The notes below the pieces were generated by a model. It had not been told where the DNA came from and did no database searches. It saw only the letters and a program-made list of their open reading frames with translations. Shown here in pieces: positions 20,172-29,555 of a DNA stretch of 50,940 nt (position 1 is its first letter; each line of letters starts with the position of its first letter). The position numbers were made by a program, and so were the translations under genes. Source of the stretch: an uncultured Chitinophagales bacterium (lineage in GTDB: Bacteria > Bacteroidota > Bacteroidia > Chitinophagales > BACL12); the NCBI GenBank assembly GCA_964638865.1, contig CAZXBG010000006.1, positions 1-50,940 on the forward strand, in the 5' to 3' direction.

Positions 20172-21203
20172 ATGAGTAAAGTAAAATTTGCTGTAGTAGG
20201 TTGCGGTCATATTGGTAAAAGACATATTGAAATGATTTTGCACAATCCTGAAGCAGAATTGATAGCTGTGTGCGATATTTTACCAAAAGAGCAATTAGGT
20301 ATTTCTTCATTAAATATTCCTTTTTTTCAAACTTTAGCTGAATTATTAGAAAGTAATAATGATTTAGATATTATAAATATTTGTACTCCCAACGGATTTC
20401 ATGCTCAACAAGCTAAAGAAGTTTTGTTACACGATAAACATGTCGTGATTGAAAAACCAATGGCATTAAATAAAAAAGATTGCCTGGATGTAATGGAAAT
20501 TGCCGCGCAAAAACAAAAACAAATTTTTTGCGTAATGCAAAACAGATTTTCTCCGCCCTCGGTGTGGATCAAAAATATTGTGGTAAATAAATTATTGGGA
20601 AAGATATTCCTGGTTCAGGTAAATTGTTTTTGGAATCGTGACGAACGATATTATTATCCAAATACCTGGCATGGAAAAGCAGATCTGGATGGAGGAACAT
20701 TATTTACGCAGTTCTCACATTTTGTAGATACTATGGCTTGGCTCTTTGGTGATATAAAAAATATTCAAGCAAAGTTTGCAGATTTTAATCATCAGAAACT
20801 GACAGCATTTGAAGATTCCGGTTTGATACAATTTGATTTTTGTAGCGGCGGTATAGGCACAATAAATTATTCGTCCAGTGTGTATGATTCTAATTATGAA
20901 AGCAGTATTCGAATTATTGGAGAATTCGGGACTGTGGAGATCGGTGGGCAATATATGAATGAGGTAAAATATTGTAATATCAGGGACTATATTATACCAG
21001 AGTTAGAAAAAACAGGGGAAGCAAATAATTATGGCTCCTATTCCGGTTCTGCATCAAATCATCACCACATTATTCAAAATATTATTGATGTATTAAATCA
21101 CAGCGGCAAAATTGCAACTACGGCAGAAGAAGGAATGCTGGTGGTTGATATTATTGAACGAATATATCATCTCCGACCTATGGGGCTTTGGAATAAAAAA
21201 TAA
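20172..21203 (+). CDS. Gfo/Idh/MocA oxidoreductase, WbpB/WlbA-like nucleotide-sugar 3-dehydrogenase
   Basis: GCGHIG Rossmann motif, ICTPNGFH, EKPMA, QNRF and GGTLFTQFSHFVD. Confidence 0.85.
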   Translation: MSKVKFAVVGCGHIGKRHIEMILHNPEAELIAVCDILPKEQLGISSLNIPFFQTLAELLESNNDLDIINICTPNGFHAQQAKEVLLHDKHVVIEKPMALNKKDCLDVMEIAAQKQKQIFCVMQNRFSPPSVWIKNIVVNKLLGKIFLVQVNCFWNRDERYYYPNTWHGKADLDGGTLFTQFSHFVDTMAWLFGDIKNIQAKFADFNHQKLTAFEDSGLIQFDFCSGGIGTINYSSSVYDSNYESSIRIIGEFGTVEIGGQYMNEVKYCNIRDYIIPELEKTGEANNYGSYSGSASNHHHIIQNIIDVLNHSGKIATTAEEGMLVVDIIERIYHLRPMGLWNKK

Positions 21204-21212
21204 CACTATTCT

Positions 21213-21752
21213 ATGACAAAATCTTCGATTTCAATTGTAGAGATAAAATATGATCCAGAACCGCGCTGGTATATTTTATATGTAAGATCGAGATCTGAAA
21301 AGAGAGTGATGGAGCGCATGCAAAAACTTAATTTCACCGTTTTTTTACCACTTATTAAAACGATGCGTCAATGGAGCGACAGGAAAAAACAAGTGCAAGT
21401 TCCTTTGTTTACCGGGTATCTTTTTATAAAAGTGGATCCTACTCAATTTACATCCGTGCGATTGATAGAAGGTGTGGTAAATTTCGTGCAACAAGAAAAA
21501 AAATACGCAATGATCGCAGAAGATAAAATTCTTTCCATTAAACAATTTATAGAAACCGGATTGCATATTGAGGCCAGCTCCGAAAATTTTGCAGCAGGTG
21601 AAAAGGTAAAGATAAACTTCGGTCCTTTGCAAAACTGCGAGGGAGAATTAATAGATATCAAAAACGAAAAACAATTTATTGTGCGATTGGGAATGATCAA
21701 TCAGGTTTTGATCGTGAATGTTCCGGCTTCCTATCTGGAGAAAATAAATTAG
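21213..21752 (+). CDS. upxY: UpxY-family (NusG paralogue) transcription antiterminator
   Basis: WYILYVRSRSEKRV, FLPL...RQWSDRKKQVQVPLFTGYLFI and a KOW motif GEKVKINFGPL. Confidence 0.88.
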   Translation: MTKSSISIVEIKYDPEPRWYILYVRSRSEKRVMERMQKLNFTVFLPLIKTMRQWSDRKKQVQVPLFTGYLFIKVDPTQFTSVRLIEGVVNFVQQEKKYAMIAEDKILSIKQFIETGLHIEASSENFAAGEKVKINFGPLQNCEGELIDIKNEKQFIVRLGMINQVLIVNVPASYLEKIN

Positions 21753-22219
21753 CCTTTTATTTTTTTTACATCAAGCGCATCAACATAGTTAAATTCAAAT
21801 GTTTTTCTGAAGAAAATAAATTTTTGTACTGTTATACTTCCAGTTAGTCCAACCGGAATTTCTTTGTCTGATATAAAAGAAGTTAATCCGAAGGATAAAA
21901 CACCACCGAGCTGATTTAAGGATGTGTTGAATTCAATTGGCAAAACAAAATCCGATTTCTTTTTAATTCTTACCTTATCTGAAAATCCAACTACGCCAAT
22001 TTCCTTATTATCCACTGATAATGCGATTTCCATTTCTCTGATAGTTGCCCCTATTTTATTTGGATTATACAAGGTAATGTCGGCATTAATTTTTGGCTTC
22101 GACATAATATCAGATACTTTAAAATTATCGTAACCCTTAAATTGAAGCGATTCTGTAACGGTGCAAGAACTCAGTAAAAAAACTGTGATCAACAGCGGTA
22201 GTTTATTTGATAATTTCAT
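21749..22219 (-). CDS. LEA type 2 (WHy) domain lipoprotein
   Basis: Lipobox LSSC; motif ITLYNPNKIGATI; 4-nt convergent overlap with upxY. Confidence 0.75.
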   Translation of the reverse strand: MKLSNKLPLLITVFLLSSCTVTESLQFKGYDNFKVSDIMSKPKINADITLYNPNKIGATIREMEIALSVDNKEIGVVGFSDKVRIKKKSDFVLPIEFNTSLNQLGGVLSFGLTSFISDKEIPVGLTGSITVQKFIFFRKTFEFNYVDALDVKKIKG

Positions 22220-22323
22220 TGATGTAGTTTATTGTTTTACTTTTTTATTGCTGAACCTATTACCATATCCGGTTAGGCGAACTGTATTTACCCTCAAAGC
22301 AATTTTTATTCCATACTTAAATT

Positions 22324-24135
22324 TCAGGCCTTTGTAAGGATTGGCAAGGTAAATTTAAAATCACTTCCTTCCTTTTCATTTTGCTCCACCCAGATTTTTC
22401 CGCCGGCTTGCTCTACAATTTTTTTGCAAATAGCGAGACCTATTCCTGTTCCGGAATACTCATTTCTGGAATGTAAACGTTGAAATATCATAAATATTTT
22501 TTCTCTGAATTCCTCTGAGATGCCTATTCCATTATCAGAAATGATGAATTGATAATTTTTTCCGATAATAGAGAATAACAGGGTTATCTCCGGTTGATTA
22601 TGCACATTATATTTAATGGCATTGGAAAAGAGATTTTGAAAAAGTTGTATCATTTGAGTTTCGTCAGCAGTTATAGTTGGTAAATTAGGACAATTTATAA
22701 TCACATTTTTTTCATTAATCTGCGTATAAAGATTTGATATTACGGTATTTAATACGGAATTAAAATCAACAATTTCTTTTGGACGAACAAAATTTATTTC
22801 TGAAAGCGTAAGAAGATCACTGATCAAATTATGCATGGTTTGAGTGCCATTTGTGATAAAATCCATAAAATCAATCTCATCACTGCCCAACTTTTCTTTC
22901 AGACTTCTTTTTAACAAAGTAACATATGATGTTATCATACGGAGTGGCTCCCTTAAATCATGACTTGCAACATGCGCAAATTGTCTTAATTCGTCGTTTG
23001 AAATTTCAAGTTGATGCGCATATTTTTCAATTTGTTCATTTTTTTGCCGAAGCAATTGAGCTTCCCTTTCTTTTTTCTCTAACTCAAATTCATTTCTTGC
23101 TTTTGCGATTACAAAAGTTTTTTCATCGTTAAACACATCCTTTAATGTTTGCGCATATTTTTGTTTATATATAAAAGCATTTTTATAATCTTCAACAGCT
23201 GAATAAGCTTCTGATATTTGCTCATAAACATTCGATAATGACCTTGTTACGCCGAGTTGTAAGAATAATTCTTCTGCAGCAACAAAATATTTTATGGCTT
23301 CTTTAGGTTTGCCCATTATGGCATATGCCTCACCCATTTGGTTGCTGGTATGAGCGCGATTATAAATGCTGTTTATTTGTTCATCATATTCCTGTGCGCG
23401 ACTAAAGTATTTCAAGGCTATATCAAAATCATTAAGTTTTGTATAAACCAAACCCAGGTTCGCGCAATAGATGGAAAGAAAGGAAATAGAATTTTCTTTT
23501 TCGGCAAGTTCAAGTGCTTTTAATAAATAATTAAGTGCATTTTTATATTCACCTAACCTGAAATAAAAAACTGCATAAGAATTGTAACAATTCGCTACTC
23601 CGGAAAAATCCTCGATTTGTTCATATAAGCTTAATGCTTTGTTTAAATATTCTTCCTGCGCAAATCCGGTATCGGTAAAATTAAAGAGTATGAATACATT
23701 ATAATAAGCGTGCGCTATCCACTTTTTTTCGTAGTAATTTTTTTCAAGTTTTAATTCTAGTAATTTGATACACTCCAGATAATGTTTTTGAGATAAAACA
23801 TTATCGCCGGTAAAGTGATAATTTCTTCCCAGGTTCAAATGGTAATAAGGAGCATAATTTTTTTTGAATTCACCCTTTAAATATCCAAATGCAACATCAC
23901 AAAGTTTTATAGAATCGTAATAATTATTGTTTACCAAACATTCAAAAAGCGCTTTTTCCATCAATGCAAGTCCCTGATAATTACTGCTATTTATGCTTTT
24001 TGCCAGTTCAAGTGCTTGTCCGGAGAGGTCACCAATTTCTGAATTGCGTTTGGAAACCAGATCCCAAGAGGTATGCAGGAGCGTCTCTATCTTTTTTTCA
24101 ATTTCCCTCTTATGTTTGGTTTTATTTTCCGGCAT
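22324..24135 (-). CDS. Soluble TPR-repeat sensor histidine kinase
   Basis: TPR-like helices in the N-terminal region; H-box FAHVASHDLREPL; N-box QNLFSNAIKY; DNGIGI; FQRLH; GTGIGLAIC; no obvious TM segment. Confidence 0.9.
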   Translation of the reverse strand: MPENKTKHKREIEKKIETLLHTSWDLVSKRNSEIGDLSGQALELAKSINSSNYQGLALMEKALFECLVNNNYYDSIKLCDVAFGYLKGEFKKNYAPYYHLNLGRNYHFTGDNVLSQKHYLECIKLLELKLEKNYYEKKWIAHAYYNVFILFNFTDTGFAQEEYLNKALSLYEQIEDFSGVANCYNSYAVFYFRLGEYKNALNYLLKALELAEKENSISFLSIYCANLGLVYTKLNDFDIALKYFSRAQEYDEQINSIYNRAHTSNQMGEAYAIMGKPKEAIKYFVAAEELFLQLGVTRSLSNVYEQISEAYSAVEDYKNAFIYKQKYAQTLKDVFNDEKTFVIAKARNEFELEKKEREAQLLRQKNEQIEKYAHQLEISNDELRQFAHVASHDLREPLRMITSYVTLLKRSLKEKLGSDEIDFMDFITNGTQTMHNLISDLLTLSEINFVRPKEIVDFNSVLNTVISNLYTQINEKNVIINCPNLPTITADETQMIQLFQNLFSNAIKYNVHNQPEITLLFSIIGKNYQFIISDNGIGISEEFREKIFMIFQRLHSRNEYSGTGIGLAICKKIVEQAGGKIWVEQNEKEGSDFKFTLPILTKA

Positions 24136-24160
24136 TCCTTGATTTCTGAAGTATGGGTTA

Positions 24161-24168
24161 CAAAGTTA
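24161..24168 (-). promoter_or_regulatory. -7 promoter element for the TPR kinase
   Basis: The reverse complement TAACTTTG lies 25 nt upstream of ATG 24135. Confidence 0.5.
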
Positions 24169-24227
24169 CCCAATTTTGCCTTTGCTGAATTTGAATTACT
24201 AACGACAATTTGTCAGCAACTATGACG

Positions 24228-24242
24228 TGGCATATCGTTTGA
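24228..24242 (+). promoter_or_regulatory. Possible sigma-54-type -24/-12 promoter of htpG
   Basis: TGGCATATCGTTTGA has GG-N10-GA spacing, versus the consensus TGGCAC-N5-TTGC. Confidence 0.4.
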
Positions 24243-24269
24243 AAGTTGGCCTTTTGCTAAATTAGCTAT

Positions 24270-26162
24270 ATGACTAAAGAAAAAGGAACCATTGCTGTTC
24301 AGACGGAAAATATCTTCCCTATTATTAAAAAGTTTTTATACAGTGATCATGAGATCTTTTTGCGCGAGTTAATCTCGAATGCAGTTGACGCCACTCAGAA
24401 ACTTAAAAAACTCAGCTCACTGGGGGAGGTAAGCGGTGAGATTGGCAGTACGATAATCGAAATTAAAATCGACAAGGAACAAAAAACCATTACCATTTCT
24501 GATAAAGGTATTGGAATGACTGCCGATGAGGTGAAAAAATATATCAATCAGATTGCCTTTTCTAGCGCCAGTGAATTTCTTGAAAAATATAATGGAGTAG
24601 AGGAGGGAAAAAGTATAATCGGCCATTTTGGACTCGGCTTTTACAGTGCATTCATGGTTGCCGATAAAGTGCAATTGCTGACAAGATCGGCAAAAGCTGA
24701 TGCGCAGGCAGTGCTTTGGGAATGTGATGGCAGCACCGAATTTACTTTGGAGGAATTCGAAAAGGAAGGCCGTGGAACGGATGTTATTCTATTTATCAAT
24801 GATGAAAATGAATCTTTTTTAGAAGAAAGTAAAATTGCAGGCCTACTGAATAAATATTGCAAATTTTTACCTGTTCCTATTCAATTTGGAGAAAAAGAAG
24901 AAACCATTACTGCAGAAGTGGAAACTGATACTGAAGATGCTGCAAAAACCACCGAAACAATAAAGGTTCCGAATATTATTAATAACACTGAACCTGCCTG
25001 GACCAAAAAACCGGCTGATCTTACAGATGAAGATTATAAAAAATTCTACGGTGAATTATATCCATATACCGAAGCGCCTTTATTCTGGATACATTTAAAT
25101 GTAGATTATCCTTTTAATCTTACAGGAATACTTTATTTCCCAAGAATTAAAAAGAGTTACGAGATACAAAAAAATAAAATTCAACTATATAGTAATCAGG
25201 TATTTGTTACTGATGAAGTAAAAGAAATTGTACCGGAATGGTTGACGTTATTGCACGGGGTAATTGATTCACCAGATATTCCGTTAAATGTATCGAGAAG
25301 TTATTTGCAGAGCGATCTGAATGTTAAAAAGATAAATGCTTATATCACAAAAAAGGTAGCCGATAAATTGGAAGAATTGTTTAAACAAGACAGAGCACAA
25401 TTTGAGGAGAAATGGGAAAATATCAATGTGATTATTAAATACGGAATGTTAAGTGATGAAAAATTCAGTGCACGTGCCGAGAAATTCTGTTTGCTGCAAA
25501 ATACGGAAAAGAAATATTTTACTTTTGATGAATACAGTGCGCATATCGAAGCAGGTCAAACTGATAAAAATGGTCAGAAAATTGCTTTGTATACAAATAA
25601 TACCATCGATCATAACGTATATGTTGATGCGGCAAAAAACAGAGGATACGATGTTTTGGAAGTAGATAATGTGATTGACAATCACTTTATTTCTCTCCTG
25701 GAACAAAAAATTGCTGGAGTTCAATTTAAACGGGTGGATGCCGATACCATTGATAAACTAATTGACAAGGATGAAAAGGTGGAATCTGTATTGTCGGAGG
25801 ATGAACAAAACGGTATCAAAGAATTGTTTGAAAAGGTAATAGATGCAAATGCCGGAACGGTTGTTATTAATCCACAATCGCCGAATGATAGCCCAGTTTC
25901 CATAACAAAACCCGAATTTATGCGCCGCATGAAAGAGATGAGCCATATGAACGGGATGGATTTTGCATCCATGATGCCTGATCAATACAACCTTGTAGTG
26001 AATACAAATCATCCTATCATCAATAAAATATTGAAGATGGAGGAAACGCAGCAACAAAATTCTGTTAAACAATTACACGATCTTGCCTTGTTATCGCAGG
26101 GTATTTTAAAGGGAAATGAATTAACAGAATTTGTAAAACGCAGTGTTGGTTTGATGGCTTAA
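24270..26162 (+). CDS. htpG: Molecular chaperone HtpG (Hsp90)
   Basis: LYSDHEIFLRELISNAVDA, DKGIGMT, IGHFGLGFYSAFMVA and DIPLNVSRSYLQ. Confidence 0.97.
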   Translation: MTKEKGTIAVQTENIFPIIKKFLYSDHEIFLRELISNAVDATQKLKKLSSLGEVSGEIGSTIIEIKIDKEQKTITISDKGIGMTADEVKKYINQIAFSSASEFLEKYNGVEEGKSIIGHFGLGFYSAFMVADKVQLLTRSAKADAQAVLWECDGSTEFTLEEFEKEGRGTDVILFINDENESFLEESKIAGLLNKYCKFLPVPIQFGEKEETITAEVETDTEDAAKTTETIKVPNIINNTEPAWTKKPADLTDEDYKKFYGELYPYTEAPLFWIHLNVDYPFNLTGILYFPRIKKSYEIQKNKIQLYSNQVFVTDEVKEIVPEWLTLLHGVIDSPDIPLNVSRSYLQSDLNVKKINAYITKKVADKLEELFKQDRAQFEEKWENINVIIKYGMLSDEKFSARAEKFCLLQNTEKKYFTFDEYSAHIEAGQTDKNGQKIALYTNNTIDHNVYVDAAKNRGYDVLEVDNVIDNHFISLLEQKIAGVQFKRVDADTIDKLIDKDEKVESVLSEDEQNGIKELFEKVIDANAGTVVINPQSPNDSPVSITKPEFMRRMKEMSHMNGMDFASMMPDQYNLVVNTNHPIINKILKMEETQQQNSVKQLHDLALLSQGILKGNELTEFVKRSVGLMA

Positions 26163-26193
26163 TTTGTATCTTGAGTTAAGTTGTCTATATTTG
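26163..26193 (+). promoter_or_regulatory. Full Bacteroidota housekeeping promoter (-33/-7) upstream of the lysA leader
   Basis: TTTG (26163-26166), a 19-nt spacer, then TATATTTG (26186-26193). Confidence 0.7.
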
Positions 26194-26203
26194 CATCAAC
26201 AAA

Positions 26204-26260
26204 ATGAACAACTGTAAACATAAATCTTCCAAACATTACCCACTTTTTGGTGAGTCGTGA
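26204..26260 (+). CDS. Putative lysA leader peptide MNNCKHKSSKHYPLFGES
   Basis: ATG after AAA just downstream of the promoter; Lys codons at positions 5, 7 and 10; TGA at 26258-26260; overlaps the alternative hairpins. Confidence 0.55.
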   Translation: MNNCKHKSSKHYPLFGES

Positions 26261-26284
26261 AGATTTTGTTGTAAAATAAATCCG

Positions 26285-26315
26285 AAGGCTTACCGTAAAT
26301 GGTAGGCTTTTTTTT
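26285..26315 (+). terminator. Intrinsic terminator in the lysA 5' leader (attenuator)
   Basis: aaggcttacc-gtaaat-ggtaggc running into T8, lying between the promoter and the lysA start. Confidence 0.75.
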
Positions 26316-26333
26316 ATGGCAAAAATGCAAATT

Positions 26334-27587
26334 ATGATTTTGAAAAACAATGACTACTATTCCGGTGATGTTCGTTTACTCGACATTACTGAAGAACACG
26401 GCACTCCGGTTTATGTGTATGACGCACAAATTATGACCTCACAATTCAATCGCCTGAAAAAGGCATTTGATAAGGTTGATATGAAAATTAAATACGCCTG
26501 TAAAGCATTAACAAATATTGCAGTTTTAAAACATTTCAAAACTCTGGGGTCCGATTTAGATGCAGTTTCTATTGAAGAAGTACAGCTCGGTTTGCATGCG
26601 GGATTTTCACCGGAACAAATTTTATTTACACCAAATTGTGTTTCTATTGAAGAAATAAAACTTGCAGTTGAATTAGGCGTAACAATTAATATTGATAATA
26701 TTTCTGTGTTGGAACAGTTTGGACATCTCTACGGAAATACTGTTCCGTGTTGCATCAGAATAAATCCGCATATTGAAGCAGGTGGACATCAGCATATTCA
26801 AACAGGACATATTGATAGTAAATTCGGAATTTCCGTTTATCAGATGCGACATGTACATCGGGTTGTTACTGCAAATAAAATGTTAATTATAGGATTGCAC
26901 ATGCATACCGGTTCAGATATTTTAGACAGCAATGTTTTTTTGCAGGGAGCTGAATTATTATTTGATGCTGCACAACAATTTCCTGATCTGCAATTTCTTG
27001 ATTTTGGAAGCGGATTTAAAGTGGGTTATAAAGACGAGGATGTTACTACTGATATTGAAGAATTGGGAAACACATTGTGCTCTCGATTTAATGCGTTTTG
27101 TGAAGAATATGATCGCAAACTGGAACTTTGGTTTGAACCCGGAAAATTTTTGGTAAGTGAAGCCGGGATACTATTGGTGAGGGTGAATGTTATTAAACCA
27201 ACAATGGCAACTGTTTTTGCCGGCGTTGACAGCGGACAAAATCATTTGATAAGACCGATGTTTTATGATGCATATCACGGCATAATAAATATTTCAAATC
27301 CAACAGGAACACAGAGAATTTACACTGTTGTAGGATATATTTGCGAAACGGATACACTAGCCCGCGACAGAAAAATAACGGAGGTTCATGAAGGCGATAT
27401 TCTCGCAATTAAAAATGCAGGTGCTTATGGATTTACTATGAGTAATAATTACAACAGCAGAATGCGGCCGCCGGAAGTGTTTATTTTAAATGGCAAAGCA
27501 CATCTTATCAGAAAAAGAGAAACGTTGGAAGATCTTTTAAAAAATCAGGTGGAAATAGAAACTGAAATTTCAGTCGGTATAAATTAA
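26334..27587 (+). CDS. lysA: Diaminopimelate decarboxylase
   Basis: GTPVYVYD, PLP lysine in YACKA, SKFG, HMHTGS, EPGKFLV, GYICETD and GAYGF...YNSRMRPPEV. Alternative in-frame ATGs at 26316 and 26325. Confidence 0.95.
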   Translation: MILKNNDYYSGDVRLLDITEEHGTPVYVYDAQIMTSQFNRLKKAFDKVDMKIKYACKALTNIAVLKHFKTLGSDLDAVSIEEVQLGLHAGFSPEQILFTPNCVSIEEIKLAVELGVTINIDNISVLEQFGHLYGNTVPCCIRINPHIEAGGHQHIQTGHIDSKFGISVYQMRHVHRVVTANKMLIIGLHMHTGSDILDSNVFLQGAELLFDAAQQFPDLQFLDFGSGFKVGYKDEDVTTDIEELGNTLCSRFNAFCEEYDRKLELWFEPGKFLVSEAGILLVRVNVIKPTMATVFAGVDSGQNHLIRPMFYDAYHGIINISNPTGTQRIYTVVGYICETDTLARDRKITEVHEGDILAIKNAGAYGFTMSNNYNSRMRPPEVFILNGKAHLIRKRETLEDLLKNQVEIETEISVGIN

Positions 27588-27617
27588 AATTTGCAATTAA
27601 AATATTTGGTTTTGCAG

Positions 27618-27648
27618 TTCTTGTTTCCGCCTTTAAAGGGAACAGGAA
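27618..27648. terminator. Hairpin between convergent lysA and aspS
   Basis: ttcttgtttcc-N9-gggaacaggaa forms an 11-bp stem with G-U pairs. Confidence 0.45.
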
Positions 27649-27675
27649 TGGCAATTCCCAATTAAATAATTATTA

Positions 27676-29445
27676 TCACAGCAACTTTAACCCAACAATC
27701 TTCAGTTGTTCATTATCCACTTCTGCAGGGGCATCCATCATGAGATCTCTTCCTGCATTATTTTTTGGAAAAGGAATTACATCGCGAATGGTTTCTCCTC
27801 CGCACATCAACATTACCCAGCGGTCGAAACCGAATGCGCATCCACCATGGGGAGGTGCTCCATATTGAAATGCGTTAACCATAAAACCGAAACGTTTTTC
27901 TTTTTCCTCTTCCGTAAAGCCGAGAATTTTAAATATTTTTTCCTGAAGATTTTTATCGTGTACGCGAATACTTCCGCTTAATATTTCATTTCCATTCATC
28001 ACAAGATCGTAACTCTGTGCGCGTACACGAAGCGGATCGCTATCCATATATTGAAAATCATCAGGATGTGGAGAACAAAATGGATGATGGGCAAAAATTG
28101 GTTCACCGGTATTTTCATCAGGCTCAAATAATGGCATATCAACAACCCAAAAAACACTCCAACTATTTTCAGTTATCCATTTTTCTCTTTTTGCCATTTC
28201 TAAACGCAATTCCCCTAAAACTTTTCTAGTTTTATTTGTTTTATCTCCCACAATTAAAATAAGATCTCCCTTTTCCGCATTCGTTTCACTTCCTATCGCA
28301 ATTAATTGTTCCGAAGAATAAAATTTATCTACCGACGATTTAATACTTCCATCCAGATTAAATCGGATATAAATTAATCCGCCGGCGCCGCGTTGCGGTG
28401 CTTTTACAAATTCGGTTAATTCGTCTATCTGTTTGCGTGTAAATTCGCTGCAACCTTTTGCATTTATACCTGCAACCAAACCTCCGGAATTAATTACGGT
28501 ATTGAAAACAGAAAAATCCGTTCCTCCCACTACACTATTCAGGTCCTGAATTTTACAACCAAAACGAAGATCCGGTTTATCGGAACCATAATATTTAATT
28601 GCATCCAAATAGGGCAATCTCTGAAAATCGGGTAAATCAATATTTTTTGTTTTTTTAAATACATGTTTCACCATTCCTTCAAACATAAACCATACATCTT
28701 CCTGATTCACAAAACTCATTTCACAGTCTATTTGCGTGAATTCCGGTTGACGGTCTCCCCGAAGATCCTCATCCCGAAAACACTTTGCAATCTGATAATA
28801 TCTGTCCATGCCCGCAACCATCAATAGCTGTTTTAAAATTTGCGGAGATTGTGGCAACGCATAAAATAAACCGGCTTGCATTCTACTCGGTACTAAAAAA
28901 TCTCTCGCACCTTCCGGCGTTGATTTAATTAAATTCGGAGTTTCAATTTCAACAAAACCTTCCGTATCCAAATATTCGCGCACTGCTCTCAGCATATTTG
29001 CACGCAGCATTAATCTTTTTTGCATTTGTGGACGGCGAAGGTCGAGATAACGGTATTTCATACGCAATTCTTCTCCGCCATCTGTATCATCATCCATAGT
29101 AAAAGGAGGAATTTCAGAGGCATTTAAAATGGTTAATGCATCTACGATAATTTCAATTTCGCCCGTTGGAATTTTCGAATTCTTATTGGAACGTTCTGCA
29201 ACTTTTCCGCTTATTTGTATCACCCATTCTCTGCCCAGTGTTCTCGCAGTATCGCACAAAGCCTCATCTATTTTCACCATGAAAACCAATTGAGTCAATC
29301 CATGACGGTCGCGCAGGTCGATAAATACCATCTCACCTAGATCTCTCTTAATATTTACCCAGCCGGCTAGTGTTACCGTTTTTCCGATGTCTGCTTTGTT
29401 TAATTCACCACAAGTGTTTGAGCGATAATAAGTTGAACTATGCAT
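27676..29445 (-). CDS. aspS: Aspartate--tRNA ligase
   Basis: FIDLRD, RYLDLRR, TPEGARDF, ALPQSPQ, CFRDED...RQPEFTQIDCE and GAPPHGG...GFDR. Confidence 0.97.
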   Translation of the reverse strand: MHSSTYYRSNTCGELNKADIGKTVTLAGWVNIKRDLGEMVFIDLRDRHGLTQLVFMVKIDEALCDTARTLGREWVIQISGKVAERSNKNSKIPTGEIEIIVDALTILNASEIPPFTMDDDTDGGEELRMKYRYLDLRRPQMQKRLMLRANMLRAVREYLDTEGFVEIETPNLIKSTPEGARDFLVPSRMQAGLFYALPQSPQILKQLLMVAGMDRYYQIAKCFRDEDLRGDRQPEFTQIDCEMSFVNQEDVWFMFEGMVKHVFKKTKNIDLPDFQRLPYLDAIKYYGSDKPDLRFGCKIQDLNSVVGGTDFSVFNTVINSGGLVAGINAKGCSEFTRKQIDELTEFVKAPQRGAGGLIYIRFNLDGSIKSSVDKFYSSEQLIAIGSETNAEKGDLILIVGDKTNKTRKVLGELRLEMAKREKWITENSWSVFWVVDMPLFEPDENTGEPIFAHHPFCSPHPDDFQYMDSDPLRVRAQSYDLVMNGNEILSGSIRVHDKNLQEKIFKILGFTEEEKEKRFGFMVNAFQYGAPPHGGCAFGFDRWVMLMCGGETIRDVIPFPKNNAGRDLMMDAPAEVDNEQLKIVGLKLL

Positions 29446-29463
29446 TTTGTATTAATTTCAGCA

Positions 29464-29541
29464 CAAAAATACAGGTTATGCACTTTGTTTTTTTTGTTTT
29501 TTAAAGATGATTTATTAATTAAAGATTTTTAATTACTTTTG
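29464..29541. promoter_or_regulatory. Divergent -7 elements for aspS and the T9SS cargo gene
   Basis: TATTTTTG on the - strand (29464-29471) and TACTTTTG on the + strand (29534-29541). Confidence 0.5.
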
Positions 29542-29555
29542 ATCAAAATGCATGT

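Noticed and set aside
26200-26315. Lysine riboswitch or T-box upstream of lysA
   Set aside because: The leader is too short for either element and I could not see their conserved motifs. A uORF attenuator explains the structure better.
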